64,000 nucleotides of DNA, taken from NCBI GenBank assembly GCA_963774265.1, contig CAVZDU010000006.1, positions 320,001 through 384,000 of the forward strand, written 5' to 3'. The position numbers and the translations under genes were made by a program. The notes below the pieces were generated by a model that searched no databases, was not told the DNA's origin, and saw nothing but the letters and a program-made list of their open reading frames with translations. Shown in pieces: positions 21,750 through 31,692 of this stretch (its first letter is position 1; every line of letters starts with the position of its first letter). This DNA comes from an uncultured Chloroflexia bacterium (GTDB lineage Bacteria > Chloroflexota > Anaerolineae > CG2-30-64-16).

Positions 21750-22637
21750 TCAATCATCATATCCTTCAGGGTTTTCTCCATCTGCAAGTATAGCCCTGAA
21801 ATCCGTTAACGACTGAGCAAAGGAGGTGGGGTCAAACGCGTCAAAACTCCGCTCACGAGGGAGCGTAATACTGAGACAGTGCATTGCCATCCGCACGCGC
21901 ATGCGAGATTGAAACGGCTCATCATCTGCGTAACCGACAATTTCTAGAAACCCCCGCCGCAATGGAGGGGGGTAATACCACCAAAGCGTTGCACCGATAT
22001 CAACGGCTGGGTCGTCCAGTGACATAGACTCCAGGTCGATCAGATAGAGTCGCCCGTCAGCCGAGACAAGCCAGTTGGCGTTACAGATATCATTATGCGA
22101 TGCTACCAAACCTGTTCCCAGAGAGCATTGGACTTGTTGGGCCAAATAAGCAAGGCTTTCATCGACGAATTCAGCGACTTCTGGAACGTGTGATTTATAG
22201 TGTTTCCATCTGCGCTGAATGCGGGTTAGCAACTCCAGTCCAACTACGCTGTAGAGGTCGGAGGAGGCTTCGGGGAGAACTCGCTTCACTTCGGGGCTAT
22301 GATGTGTTTTGTGGATCGTGGTAGCGATCTTCTCAAGATTGGTGTGATAATCTTTTCGAGAGGGTTTTCTGCCCGCGATGTAGGGTTGAACGACTACGGA
22401 CGTACCATCTGCCAGATACCCAGCCACCAATACCTGGGGCGTCAAACCGAGCGAGGCCATCGCCTCATATCTTGCTGTTTGCGCTCCCAATTTCACGAAG
22501 TAAGTATGCTCGTTGCCGTGTGCGAAGTAGGTTTCGTTTCCGCTCCCCTTGGGAAACGAAAAATCCCAGTGAGTGCTCCCCAAATGCTTCTGAAGGAAAG
22601 CCTCAACTTCTTGCTGATGGCGTTGTCTATCCTGCAT
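21750..22637 (-). CDS. Aminoglycoside phosphotransferase / choline kinase family protein
   Basis: HNDICNANW (Brenner motif), LIDLE, N-terminal YFVK. Confidence 0.8.
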   Translation of the reverse strand: MQDRQRHQQEVEAFLQKHLGSTHWDFSFPKGSGNETYFAHGNEHTYFVKLGAQTARYEAMASLGLTPQVLVAGYLADGTSVVVQPYIAGRKPSRKDYHTNLEKIATTIHKTHHSPEVKRVLPEASSDLYSVVGLELLTRIQRRWKHYKSHVPEVAEFVDESLAYLAQQVQCSLGTGLVASHNDICNANWLVSADGRLYLIDLESMSLDDPAVDIGATLWWYYPPPLRRGFLEIVGYADDEPFQSRMRVRMAMHCLSITLPRERSFDAFDPTSFAQSLTDFRAILADGENPEGYDD

Positions 22638-22643
22638 GGTGAC

Positions 22644-23726
22644 CTAAGTGTCATTCACCGCGTCAAAGCCCGTGGCGATGATGGTGATCCGAATGCTGTC
22701 CTCCATGTTGGGATCAATAACTGCGCCGAACATGATATTGGCGTCTGGGTCCACGACGCGGCTGATGATCTCGGCCGCTTTGTTGACTTCATGGAGAGTC
22801 AGGCCCGGGCCGCCGGTGATGTTGAACAGGAGGCCATGGGCGCCTTCGATGCTCGCGTCCAGCAGCGCGCTATGTATGGCCTGCTCGGCTGCTGCCTCGG
22901 CACGGTTCTCGCCCTCGCCCTGGCCGATGGCCATCAGGCCCGAGCCTCCGTCGACCATCACGGCACGCACATCGGCGAAGTCCAGGTTGACCAGTCCTGG
23001 GATGATGATCAATTCAGAGATACCTTGGATGCCCTGGCGCAGCATGTCGTCGGCCAGTGCGAAGGCCTGCTGGACGCTGGTCTTCTTGTCTATCACGTGA
23101 AGGAGTCGATCGTTGGGGATAACGATCAGGGTGTCCACACACTCTTTGAGGCGTTGGATGCCATCCTCAGCCACACGGCGTCGCCGCGTACCCTCGAAGG
23201 TGAACGGTCTGGTGACTACGCCGACAGTCAATATGCCCCATGCCTTGGCCAGCTCGGCGATCACCGGCGCGGCGCCAGTGCCTGTGCCCCCACCCATGCC
23301 GGCAGTTACGAACACCAGGTCGGTGTCCTTGAGCAGCGCCTTGATGTTTTCGCTCGATTCCTGGGCCGCTTTCTCACCAATCTTCGGGTCGCCGCCCGAG
23401 CTGAGTCCCTTGGTAAGCTTGTCGCCGATGTGCAGTCGCTCGGGTGCATTGGACTGTAGCAGCGCCTGGGCATCGGTGTTGATGGCAATGAGCTTGACCC
23501 CCCGGATACCCTTCTCGATCATCCGATTGACGACGTTTGATCCTGCGCCGCCAACCCCGACCACGGCAATACTTGCGACCTCATCCGCATAATCATGGGT
23601 GATTCTGCGTTGTGAGCCTCGAAATGGACTGGTCGATTCATCCAGCGAGGCCGATGCCTTGATCGATCCCTGCACGCCGCGCTTTGCCGGGGGTCTCTCA
23701 CTTTTTGGTCCACCAGACAGTCCCAT
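22644..23726 (-). CDS. ftsZ: FtsZ-family GTPase lacking the C-terminal tail (paralog outside the dcw cluster)
   Basis: [50 protein letters not shown], ends [24 protein letters not shown] precedes the ATG at 23726. Confidence 0.9.
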   Translation of the reverse strand: MGLSGGPKSERPPAKRGVQGSIKASASLDESTSPFRGSQRRITHDYADEVASIAVVGVGGAGSNVVNRMIEKGIRGVKLIAINTDAQALLQSNAPERLHIGDKLTKGLSSGGDPKIGEKAAQESSENIKALLKDTDLVFVTAGMGGGTGTGAAPVIAELAKAWGILTVGVVTRPFTFEGTRRRRVAEDGIQRLKECVDTLIVIPNDRLLHVIDKKTSVQQAFALADDMLRQGIQGISELIIIPGLVNLDFADVRAVMVDGGSGLMAIGQGEGENRAEAAAEQAIHSALLDASIEGAHGLLFNITGGPGLTLHEVNKAAEIISRVVDPDANIMFGAVIDPNMEDSIRITIIATGFDAVNDT

Positions 23727-23799
23727 TGCATATCCTCCTTCACGAGCGGACCGTGTGATACGTCGCCTCTGAATGATGCTGTGAACGCCCAACAAGGGT

Positions 23800-23864
23800 A
23801 TTATCGCGCAGAGAAGTGCAACTGTGAAGGGGTGCGCTAAATTCGATCGTTCCCGTCCGGCGGC
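23800..23864 (-). repeat. Dispersed intergenic repeat copy A containing a minus-strand promoter (TTCACA-17-GATAAT)
   Basis: 49/65 ungapped identity to 29958-30022 (manual count). Confidence 0.7.
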
Positions 23865-23950
23865 CGATCCCCTGAAGGAGAGGCTGCACAGCGGGGGTGT
23901 GTCTCGGAATGTTGAGCAGAAGTGGTGTCAGCGGCAGTGCTGCCTCCTGA

Positions 23951-24502
23951 TCAATGGTTCAGCGCCTCCATCATATTCACCAGCCTGGTGGTCGTGTTCC
24001 AGTTGCGGATGGTCATGTTCTGATAGATTGGCATGGTGATGATCCGGCTCAGATGGCTTTGGGTTGCTCTACTGATGAGCCTGGATGAGTAAAGCACGCG
24101 GTTCCCGGCAAAGACCTGGTCAACCCCCTCTTTCATGGATACACTTTTCATAGCCTCGGACGAGGTAAGTGGCTCTTTTAGAAAAATGACATCGTAGCGG
24201 TAGGTAGACGGGTCGCTGCCGAAACCCTCTGGCGCTTGCGTGACGATAGCTCTCACTTCCTCATACGACCGCACCACCACTCTTGAATCATAGTTGAAGT
24301 TTTTCGTCAGAGCATCTTCAAGCGAGCTTGTCAACCTGGGCTGGTCTGGCCCGCTCGCTCGAAATATAACATTGCCGCTTTGTATGTAGGTGCGAACTTC
24401 CGTAAAGCCCAACGCTTCGAAAAAAGCCGCCAATTCAGGCATCTTGATCAGATTCTTACCGCCAACATTGATGCCGCGAAGCAGGGCCACATACAGGTTC
24501 AT
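23951..24502 (-). CDS. DUF1697 domain protein
   Basis: YVALLRGINVGG, VRTYIQSGNV, TIRNWNT. Confidence 0.92.
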   Translation of the reverse strand: MNLYVALLRGINVGGKNLIKMPELAAFFEALGFTEVRTYIQSGNVIFRASGPDQPRLTSSLEDALTKNFNYDSRVVVRSYEEVRAIVTQAPEGFGSDPSTYRYDVIFLKEPLTSSEAMKSVSMKEGVDQVFAGNRVLYSSRLISRATQSHLSRIITMPIYQNMTIRNWNTTTRLVNMMEALNH

Positions 24503-24713
24503 ACGCCCCTCTCCTTCAGAACCTCACAAACCATGATCCATTCTTTAATGCACCAGTCTACAAATAAGCTACAAGCAGTATACACCATTAGAGTCGTAAA
24601 CGTAAGATTCATCCCCGCGACGAGACACGAATGAGGGTATCCTATTGCTCGAACTTGCCAGCGTACGCTGGCAAATGACAAAGAAGGAGAACCGTCAGAA
24701 GGAAGGTTGTTCC

Positions 24714-25055
24714 ATGTACAGCGTCATTCGAGCGGGGGAACTGCCGCCTAATGCTGGAGGCACGGTGAAATTCGAGGGCGAACCCCACGGGTCGGGGGTC
24801 TCGCTCTTCCTTGTCAACAACGAGCCCGGTTCAGGGCCTGATCTGCACAAGCACCCCTACTCCGAGACCTGGGTGGTCCGGGCCGGAAAGGCGCGGATCA
24901 CCGCGGACGGTGCGGGCATCGAGGCCGGTCCCGGCGACATCGTGGTGGTGACCGCGGAGACTCCCCACAAGTTCAAGAACATCGGCGCCGGCCGGCTGGA
25001 GATCATCTGCATCCACTCGGCGTCCCGGATCGTGCAGAAATGGGTCGACGAATGA
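24714..25055 (+). CDS. Cupin domain protein
   Basis: PGSGPDLHKHPYSETW, PHKFKN. Confidence 0.88.
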   Translation: MYSVIRAGELPPNAGGTVKFEGEPHGSGVSLFLVNNEPGSGPDLHKHPYSETWVVRAGKARITADGAGIEAGPGDIVVVTAETPHKFKNIGAGRLEIICIHSASRIVQKWVDE

Positions 25056-25095
25056 TATTCAGAGGAGAAACGGGGTGCGAACGTTTCAGGTGAAG

Positions 25096-25121
25096 GCTGG
25101 AGGTGGCCGCACCTCCAGCCG
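25096..25121. terminator. GC hairpin between convergent genes
   Basis: GGCTGGAGGTG-GCCG-CACCTCCAGCC. Confidence 0.55.
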
Positions 25122-25151
25122 AGGCCACCTCCAGTTCTATGTGGTAGAAGT

Positions 25152-26112
25152 TCAGCTCTTCACCGCAACCGTCATCTCGTAATAGACCGTCGTAGGTGCG
25201 GCATCAGGAATGCCGACACAGACCGTGTAATCCTGCGTCAACGGCAGAGGCATCATGGCAAAAGAACCCCCCACTTCCATCCGTTTCAAGGGGCTGCCAT
25301 CCGCGCCAACCGCGGAGAAACTGGCGATGTCACCCTGCGACCCCACCGTCACCGTCATGACCTGACCTGCCAGCGCGCGCAAGACGTAGCACTGCCGCTC
25401 CACGCCCGTGACGTTGCCGGTCACGGTCGCCGAGGTGCCGCCGGCCGGGAATCGGATGCGGATGGGCGTCGAACCGCTGCTCACAGGCGGAATTGAAACC
25501 GACAGGTCGTAGGAGTGCGTTCCGGCAGGGGTCGCAACGCAGATCAGATAATCTCCTGTGGCAGGCAGCGTCGCGGTCCAGGTCCGGTCCTCATTCTCCA
25601 GGCGTTTGAGCGGCGTGTTGTCATGAAGCGACGTGATCAGGAAATTGGCTACCTGAGCCGCCGAAGTCACCGCAACGGTCATGTACTGACCGGCCTGCGC
25701 CCTCACGACGTAACAAGACTGGTTGGGCCAAGTCACAGTTCCCCTGACCGTCGTGGCAACCCCTCCGCGGTGGGAAGCTGATACGAACGGGGTTGGTCTG
25801 CGTACCGCCGGCCGGAGCCGGCACACGCAACCGCTGGCCAACGTAGATCCGGTTCGGATTCTGGATGCGATTGAGTTGCATCAACGTGTAGACCGTGGTG
25901 TTGTACCGCCTCGCGATTGACGACAGGGTGTCGCCGGCCCGGACCGTGTAGATAATCGTGTCGCTCTGCTGGTTGGCCGTGACGACCGTGGGCATGGGCG
26001 CAGCTTCAACCCGCTGTGTAGAACCGCCCAGCGCGGGCAGGGCGGTAAGCGCGACGGCGAGCAACAGGCCGAAATAGAACACACGCTTGCTGAACAAAGA
26101 TAATCTCACCAT
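25152..26112 (-). CDS. Secreted LysM protein with two PPC-like beta domains, frameshift near 25780
   Basis: Signal peptide, [19 protein letters not shown]...[11 protein letters not shown], two repeats of RI.FP.GG...TV.G...CYVLRA.AGQ.MTV. Confidence 0.82.
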
Positions 26113-26338
26113 TCCCAGACTCCTGATCTGCCTTTCTTGGCGTTCGGTGCGGCAGTTGCCGGAGAGACCCATCGAGGTCGTTTACTCCAGCCACCTTGTA
26201 TGATGACGTCACAGCGGCTCGATTTGTTTCAGATAGAAATCCGTGTTCAGCAGGAACGACGCCCATGGGCACTGCGACGAGCATGGCCCGGTGCAGTGCC
26301 CATGCAAAGTCCTTCAGCTATGAGGGACTTGATGCGGA

Positions 26339-27114
26339 TTAGCCCGTCGGGGGCTGGACGATTTTGAACGTTGCGCCGCCTGGATCCATCAGGGCGGCAA
26401 TTCGACCAAATGGCGAATCATCGATGGTGCCCATCACCTTGCCACCGTGCTTGATGACGGTCGCCACTGTTTCGTCAGCGTTGGCTACCGCGAAGTAGGT
26501 GATCCACTGCGGGTGAAACTCGCCCCACGAAGGATCAATCTGCATGATGCCGCCGAGCATCTCTTCTCCATGCTTGAGCACGTAATACTCCATATCCTCC
26601 CGGCATCGGATCGGCGGTGGCGCCAAGCAGTGCCGTGTAGAAATCACGCGCCTGTTTTGCATTCGATGCATACAGCTCGTACCAGGTCGTCGAACCCGGC
26701 TCATCGGTAACCTGTGAGCCCACATGTTGTCCGGCCTGCCAGAAGCCGAACGCTGCGCCGGTGGGGTCTTCACATATCGCCATGCTGCCGAATTCGCCCA
26801 CAACCATGGCCGGAGTACAACACCTTGGCCCCCAGTTTCACGGCATGTGCCACATCGGCCTCTATGTTGTCGGTGGCGAAATACAGATTCCATGCAGCTG
26901 GCATGGGCGGGGCGCCGGGCTGATTGCCCATCATGCCGACCGTCGTTCGCTGTCCCAAGCGAGCGGTTGTATAGCCGCCAAATTCGGGGCCGCCGATATC
27001 GTACTCCCAACCGAACACGGCATGGTAGAACTTGCGCGCCGCGTCGATGTCTGGCGTCATCAGGTCGCTCCAGGTGGGCGTACCGGCTGGTTTTGCGTGT
27101 GAATAGGTGGTCAT
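26339..27114 (-). CDS. VOC/glyoxalase family protein (two-domain), frameshifted
   Basis: GTPTWSDLMTPD, FYHAVFGW, WNLYFATD, DPTGAAFGFWQ, WITYFAV, PFGRIAALMDPGGA. Confidence 0.85.
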
Positions 27115-27267
27115 CACAACTCCTCGGTCCATTCATTCCCAGTCTGACAATCTGGCAGAGAAACAAATATTACACAAGTATAGGCCAGTTGCCTGTAGTG
27201 GCAATTCCGTTGATTCATCGTGCAGCGCTCCCCTCGTGGTATAATCCTCCCGCTCAAGGAGACTCAC

Positions 27268-28725
27268 ATGTTTGACATACCGCCCCTTCCCCGCACCTCC
27301 CCCGAAGCACAGGGCATATCCTCGCCCGCGCTGCTCGACTTCATCGACACGCTGGACAAGACCATCACCGAGATGCACGGCCTCGTGCTCCTACGGCACA
27401 GCCTGGTCGTCGCCGAAGGCTGGTGGGCTCCCTATGGTTCCCAGATTCCGCACATGCTCTTCTCGCTCACCAAGAGCTTCACCTCCACCGCCATTGGCCT
27501 CGCGGTCGCCGAGGGACGCCTGACGGTCGATGACCGGGTCCTCTCGTTCTTCCCAGAGAAAACGCCTAAACGCGTCAGCGAAAATTTGGCGGCGATGCGC
27601 GTGCGCCATCTGTTGAGCATGTCCACCGGCCACAAAAAGGACTCCACCGAGCGCGCGACCTCTCAGAAGGAGGGCGATTGGGTCAAAGGCTTCCTCGCCG
27701 CGCCGGTCGAGCACGCCCCCGGTGCGCCCTTCGTCTACAACAGCGTCGCCAGCCACGTGCTTTCGGCAATCATCGAGAAGGTCACGGGGCAGTCCATCCT
27801 GGACTACCTCACCCCGCGCCTGTTCGAACCGCTCGGCATCCAGCCCGCCTATTGGGATCGCGACCCGCGCGGCATCTGCACGGGCGGCTGGGGGCTGATG
27901 CTCCGCACCGAAGAGATCGCCCGCTTCGGCCAGATGTACCTGCAGAAGGGCGTCTGGAACGGCAAGCGCATCCTGCCCGAGGACTGGGTCAGCGAAGCCA
28001 CCTCCAAACAGGTCGAGAACGGCGCCGACCCCAAGAGTGACTGGAACCAGGGTTACGGCTACCAGTTCTGGCGCTGCCAGCACAACAGCTACCGCGGCGA
28101 CGGCGCCTTCGGGCAGTTCTGCCTCGTCCTCCCCGAGATGGACGCCGTGCTGGCGATCAACAGCGGCGTGCCCGACATGCAGGCGCCGCTGAACATCGTC
28201 TGGGACAAGCTCCTCCCCGCCATGCACCCCGCCGCGCTGCCCGCCGATCCCGCAGCGGAGGCCGCCCTGCACGAACGCCTGTACGGGTTGGACCTCCCCG
28301 CCCCCGCCCCCAAACCGGTTTCGCCGCTGGCCGCCCAGGTGAGTAGCAAGACCTACGATATGGAAGCGAACGAATCTAAGGTCAAAACCGTTCGCTTCGA
28401 CTTCACCCCGCAGGGCGGAAAATTCACCCTGCGGGACCAGGGCAATGACCGCTCCACCGAATTCAACTATACCGGCTACCGCTTCGGCGAGTCGAGCCTT
28501 TTCGCCGAACCTCACCCCGGCGTCAACCCGGAGCGTCCCGTCGCGGCGCACGCCGCCTGGGTCAAACCGGACACCCTGCGTCTGACCCTGCGCCAGTGCA
28601 CCACCCCATTCGTCTTCACCTACGACTTCACCTTTGAGGGCAATACCATTTCCACGGAAGGCCGGGTCAACGTCTACTTTGGCCCCACGCAGTTCCCGGT
28701 GATCAAAGGCAAAGCCAGGGCATGA
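27268..28725 (+). CDS. Serine hydrolase, beta-lactamase class C / NylB-like family
   Basis: FSLTKS (SxxK), LLSMSTG, FVYNS, GYGYQFW, RGDGAFGQ. Confidence 0.88.
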   Translation: MFDIPPLPRTSPEAQGISSPALLDFIDTLDKTITEMHGLVLLRHSLVVAEGWWAPYGSQIPHMLFSLTKSFTSTAIGLAVAEGRLTVDDRVLSFFPEKTPKRVSENLAAMRVRHLLSMSTGHKKDSTERATSQKEGDWVKGFLAAPVEHAPGAPFVYNSVASHVLSAIIEKVTGQSILDYLTPRLFEPLGIQPAYWDRDPRGICTGGWGLMLRTEEIARFGQMYLQKGVWNGKRILPEDWVSEATSKQVENGADPKSDWNQGYGYQFWRCQHNSYRGDGAFGQFCLVLPEMDAVLAINSGVPDMQAPLNIVWDKLLPAMHPAALPADPAAEAALHERLYGLDLPAPAPKPVSPLAAQVSSKTYDMEANESKVKTVRFDFTPQGGKFTLRDQGNDRSTEFNYTGYRFGESSLFAEPHPGVNPERPVAAHAAWVKPDTLRLTLRQCTTPFVFTYDFTFEGNTISTEGRVNVYFGPTQFPVIKGKARA

Positions 28726-28940
28726 GCGAACAGCCGGCGGCGCCCGCCTCCCCTGCCCGGATCAGTCCGCTCGGTGCCGACCCGCACCTGCGGGTTCCAG
28801 TGGAGACGCTGGAGTGGATCTGAGAGAAGAGATGACCTTGAGAAGCGTCTGCTGCGGTACTGGCGCACACTGTAACTCGCACGGGCGCCGGGAATGATAG
28901 AGGCCAGGTTCATAATCTTCAGGACATACAAGGAGGTCCC

Positions 28941-29450
28941 ATGAACGCTACTCAGTTTGTTCACCAACAAGTTGCAGAGGCCCGCGGCCTGATCGATGCC
29001 GCCACAGCTGGCCTCACGGATGAGCACTTCAACTGGTTGCCGCCGGGCACGATCAATCCCATCAAAAGCGCCTTGCTGCACGCTGTTGGGGGCGAAGACA
29101 TCTTCGTCCAGTCAATCATACAGGGTCGGCCACCCTTGTGGGACAGCGGCGGGTGGGCCGGCAGGATCGGTCTTGCCCAGGTGCCCGGCGGTGGCCAGGG
29201 CTGGGAAGAAGCCAAGAAGACGGTGCTGGTGCTGGCTCTTGTGTTGGCGTATGCCGAAGCGGTGTGCATCGCCACTAATGAGTACCTGGCACGCCTGACA
29301 GACGACGAGCTTGAAAGGCAGGTGAGTTTCTTCGGCAGAGAAAGCTCCGTCGCTGACGTGCTTGCCCGATTTGTCGCCCATACTGCCGGGCACGCGGGAG
29401 AGATCGCGGCCGTCAAGGGGATGCAGGGGCTGCAGGGTCTACCTTTCTGA
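28941..29450 (+). CDS. DinB family protein
   Basis: LLHA...ED, HTAGHAGEI His triad. Confidence 0.82.
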   Translation: MNATQFVHQQVAEARGLIDAATAGLTDEHFNWLPPGTINPIKSALLHAVGGEDIFVQSIIQGRPPLWDSGGWAGRIGLAQVPGGGQGWEEAKKTVLVLALVLAYAEAVCIATNEYLARLTDDELERQVSFFGRESSVADVLARFVAHTAGHAGEIAAVKGMQGLQGLPF

Positions 29451-29510
29451 GATCGCCGGCTGGCAGCCTGACAAGATTAGGCTCCAATCTGCAAAATTCC
29501 AACTTTCGTT

Positions 29511-29906
29511 TTAGGTGTCGTGGCTCCTCTTGCAGATATGGCATGGCCGTCCCAACAGAACACCGTGCTTGCACCTGTCCATCCCTGCCGTGGATTTGCG
29601 GGAATCGTGGCGTCGAGTGGGAGAAGTGAGAGGCTGGGCGCCATCACCAAAGTCGGCGATGTGGTCGTCCCGGCTCGGCGTCGATGGACTGGTCGAACTC
29701 GCGGCGCGCTCTGTCTTCTCCTTGGCGATGATCGCGGCCACTTGTTTCGTCGTCAGATCGCTACCCGGGCGTTTTCGGAGAAGCCGGACAATCGCCCCCT
29801 CCGGGACAGGTTCCGGGAAGTATGACTGAACTTCGCGAAAGAACCGCTCGGCTTCCTGTTCGTCCGTGCCCCGCAGATCGGCAATCACCTGCATAGTCGA
29901 AGCCAC
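29511..29906 (-). CDS. Hypothetical protein with C-terminal CKHG...CxxC motif
   Basis: GGAGG RBS then GTG start. C-terminal RCKHGVLLGRPCHICKR. Confidence 0.55.
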   Translation of the reverse strand: MASTMQVIADLRGTDEQEAERFFREVQSYFPEPVPEGAIVRLLRKRPGSDLTTKQVAAIIAKEKTERAASSTSPSTPSRDDHIADFGDGAQPLTSPTRRHDSRKSTAGMDRCKHGVLLGRPCHICKRSHDT

Positions 29907-29957
29907 GTCTCACCTCCCGCGGCGCTTCGGCCGCGCCCTGAATGTTCCGTCGGGAGC

Positions 29958-30022
29958 ATTATCACACAGAGACCAGCGAATGTGAAGGGATGTGCTGAAT
30001 CCGGTCGTTCTCTCCCGGGGGC
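29958..30022 (-). repeat. Dispersed intergenic repeat copy B containing a minus-strand promoter (TTCACA-17-GATAAT)
   Basis: Aligns ungapped to 23800-23864. Confidence 0.7.
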
Positions 30023-30088
30023 AGCTTTGCGGTGACGGCTTCCAGACGGGCGCGCATGGCGGACTGAGGTTGCACAGTCACGCGCTTT

Positions 30089-31529
30089 GTTAGTGTATCG
30101 CTTTCGGTTGGAAGTGTGTGTTGAACTTGCGCATGGCAGGTAGGATGAACTTGCGATCCACCTCCTGTGCGATCATGGCCAAGACGCCAGCATCGGAATG
30201 GTAGGCGTTGGCGCTCCGAATGCGGCGGCGCAGGCAGCGATTGAAGCGTTCGAGCCGGCTGGTTGTGCGGAGAAAGCTGCGGCGCCAGGTGGGATGGCGT
30301 TCTTGCAGGAGGAAGTAAGCCACGGTGGCGCGGAAGTTGCGCCGGAGCGTGGCCACAGCATCGGGTTGGGTGTTGCGATATTTCTGCAGCACCTTGAGGG
30401 CGCGGCGCAAGACGGTGGCACGCTGTTTGGCCTGAAAGATGGCGACGAAATCGCGGTAGATCGCCCGGCGCTGGCGGCGCCGTTCAGCTGCGGGCAAATC
30501 GTCGGCGATGCGAATGGCTTGCCAGATGTTGCGGAGCTTATGGAAGAGGCAGCGTTGCTCGATGGCGTCAAAGTGGATGGTGGTGAGTGCGGCGCATAGA
30601 CCACTGCCGCCATCATGAATGATCAATTCCAGGCCCAGTTCGCCGCGGAAGCCTTGGGCTTCCAGTTCACTGAGAAAGGCGAGCCAGCTTTCGGCATCCT
30701 CGCTGTCGGCCAGCCGCCAGGCCAAGATCTCCTGGCGGCCGGTTTCCGGCCAGACGCCTAACGCAATCAGGAGGCAGCGCTTCCGGCGGCCCTTGACGGC
30801 GCGCTTGCGGCCCTTGCGGTCGGTGCGCCACTGCCCGGTCGCACACAGTTGCGTGAACCAGATGGCATCGAACTGCACGATCGGCGGCGTGGGCCGCTCA
30901 TCGGCGCCCGGGGTGAGCTGCTGGAGTTGGTGTAAGCGCTGGAGCAGGGTGCGTTGGCCCAACACGCCCATATAGCTATGCGCCAGTTCGCCCTGCATCT
31001 CGCGCAGGCTGATACTCAGGGCGCCCCAGCGTTGAATTTGAGCGTCGACATCGCTGCCAATGCGCTGGTAGGGCGCCAGCCAATCATCCAGATCGAGGGT
31101 GATGCTGCCGCCGCACTCACAGACGAAGCGGGGCCAGCGCAGCGGCACTTCGCCCCAGCGGGTCAGCAAATGGCGCGGCCGGCTGCCGTTGCGACTGAAC
31201 TGCTGGCTCTGCACGGTGTGGCACTTGGGGCACGCACGGGTCTGTTCCAGACTGCTGGCCACGTGGCCCCGCCGCACGTAGGGCGCCCGGCCCAAGACGT
31301 ATTCGGCCGCGGCGTACAAACGCTCGCCGATTCCGTGCCCGATTTGGTTGAGCAGGTGGTGATGAGCCTCTGCAATGGCCCCTTCGATCAAAGCATGGCC
31401 GTTGACTTGCCGGCATTCCGGGAGTACGCTGCGCATCGGGGTGGTCTCCTGGCGTGGTATTGATGTTGTAACCTGACCTTACCAGGTTTCCACCCTCAGA
31501 CGAATTTCAACCGATCGGGATACACTACC
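30089..31529 (-). mobile_element. Complete IS256-family insertion sequence (1441 bp)
   Basis: Imperfect TIRs GTTAGTGTATCGCTTTCGGTTGGAAGT / GGTAGTGTATCCCGATCGGTTGAAATT. 8-bp target duplication CGCGCTTT at 30081-30088 and 31530-31537. Confidence 0.9.
30090..31436 (-). CDS. IS256/Mutator-type DDE transposase
   Basis: QFDAIW, IIHDGGSGL, QRCLFHKLRN (CxxH), TTSRLERFNR, N-terminal CPKC/CECG. Confidence 0.9.
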   Translation of the reverse strand: MRSVLPECRQVNGHALIEGAIAEAHHHLLNQIGHGIGERLYAAAEYVLGRAPYVRRGHVASSLEQTRACPKCHTVQSQQFSRNGSRPRHLLTRWGEVPLRWPRFVCECGGSITLDLDDWLAPYQRIGSDVDAQIQRWGALSISLREMQGELAHSYMGVLGQRTLLQRLHQLQQLTPGADERPTPPIVQFDAIWFTQLCATGQWRTDRKGRKRAVKGRRKRCLLIALGVWPETGRQEILAWRLADSEDAESWLAFLSELEAQGFRGELGLELIIHDGGSGLCAALTTIHFDAIEQRCLFHKLRNIWQAIRIADDLPAAERRRQRRAIYRDFVAIFQAKQRATVLRRALKVLQKYRNTQPDAVATLRRNFRATVAYFLLQERHPTWRRSFLRTTSRLERFNRCLRRRIRSANAYHSDAGVLAMIAQEVDRKFILPAMRKFNTHFQPKAIH

Positions 31530-31544
31530 CGCGCTTTCTGCGCT

Positions 31545-31573
31545 TTGACAGCGCACCCCTCGTTTGCTATACT
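31545..31573 (+). promoter_or_regulatory. Sigma70-type promoter of the BMP ABC operon
   Basis: TTGACA-17bp-TATACT with TG extension. Confidence 0.75.
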
Positions 31574-31692
31574 GTTCACGAGCACGATCTTCCGACTGCT
31601 TGATGTCTGCTGCGTCTCCCTTCGCCACCACCAGGCTGAATCCACGGTGGAATTCACACTGCTACGAAGTCGGTTTTATCAGGAGGTCAAAA

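Noticed and set aside
23787-23917. attC-like site (GCCCAAC ... GTTGAGC) beside ftsZ2, and a similar GCCCAAC near 37875
   Set aside because: Core heptamers are present but there are no convincing L boxes or internal palindrome, and no integron integrase in the window.
27268-28725. Antibiotic-resistance beta-lactamase
   Set aside because: No signal peptide, and the motifs fit the broad cytoplasmic serine hydrolase family. Resistance cannot be inferred.
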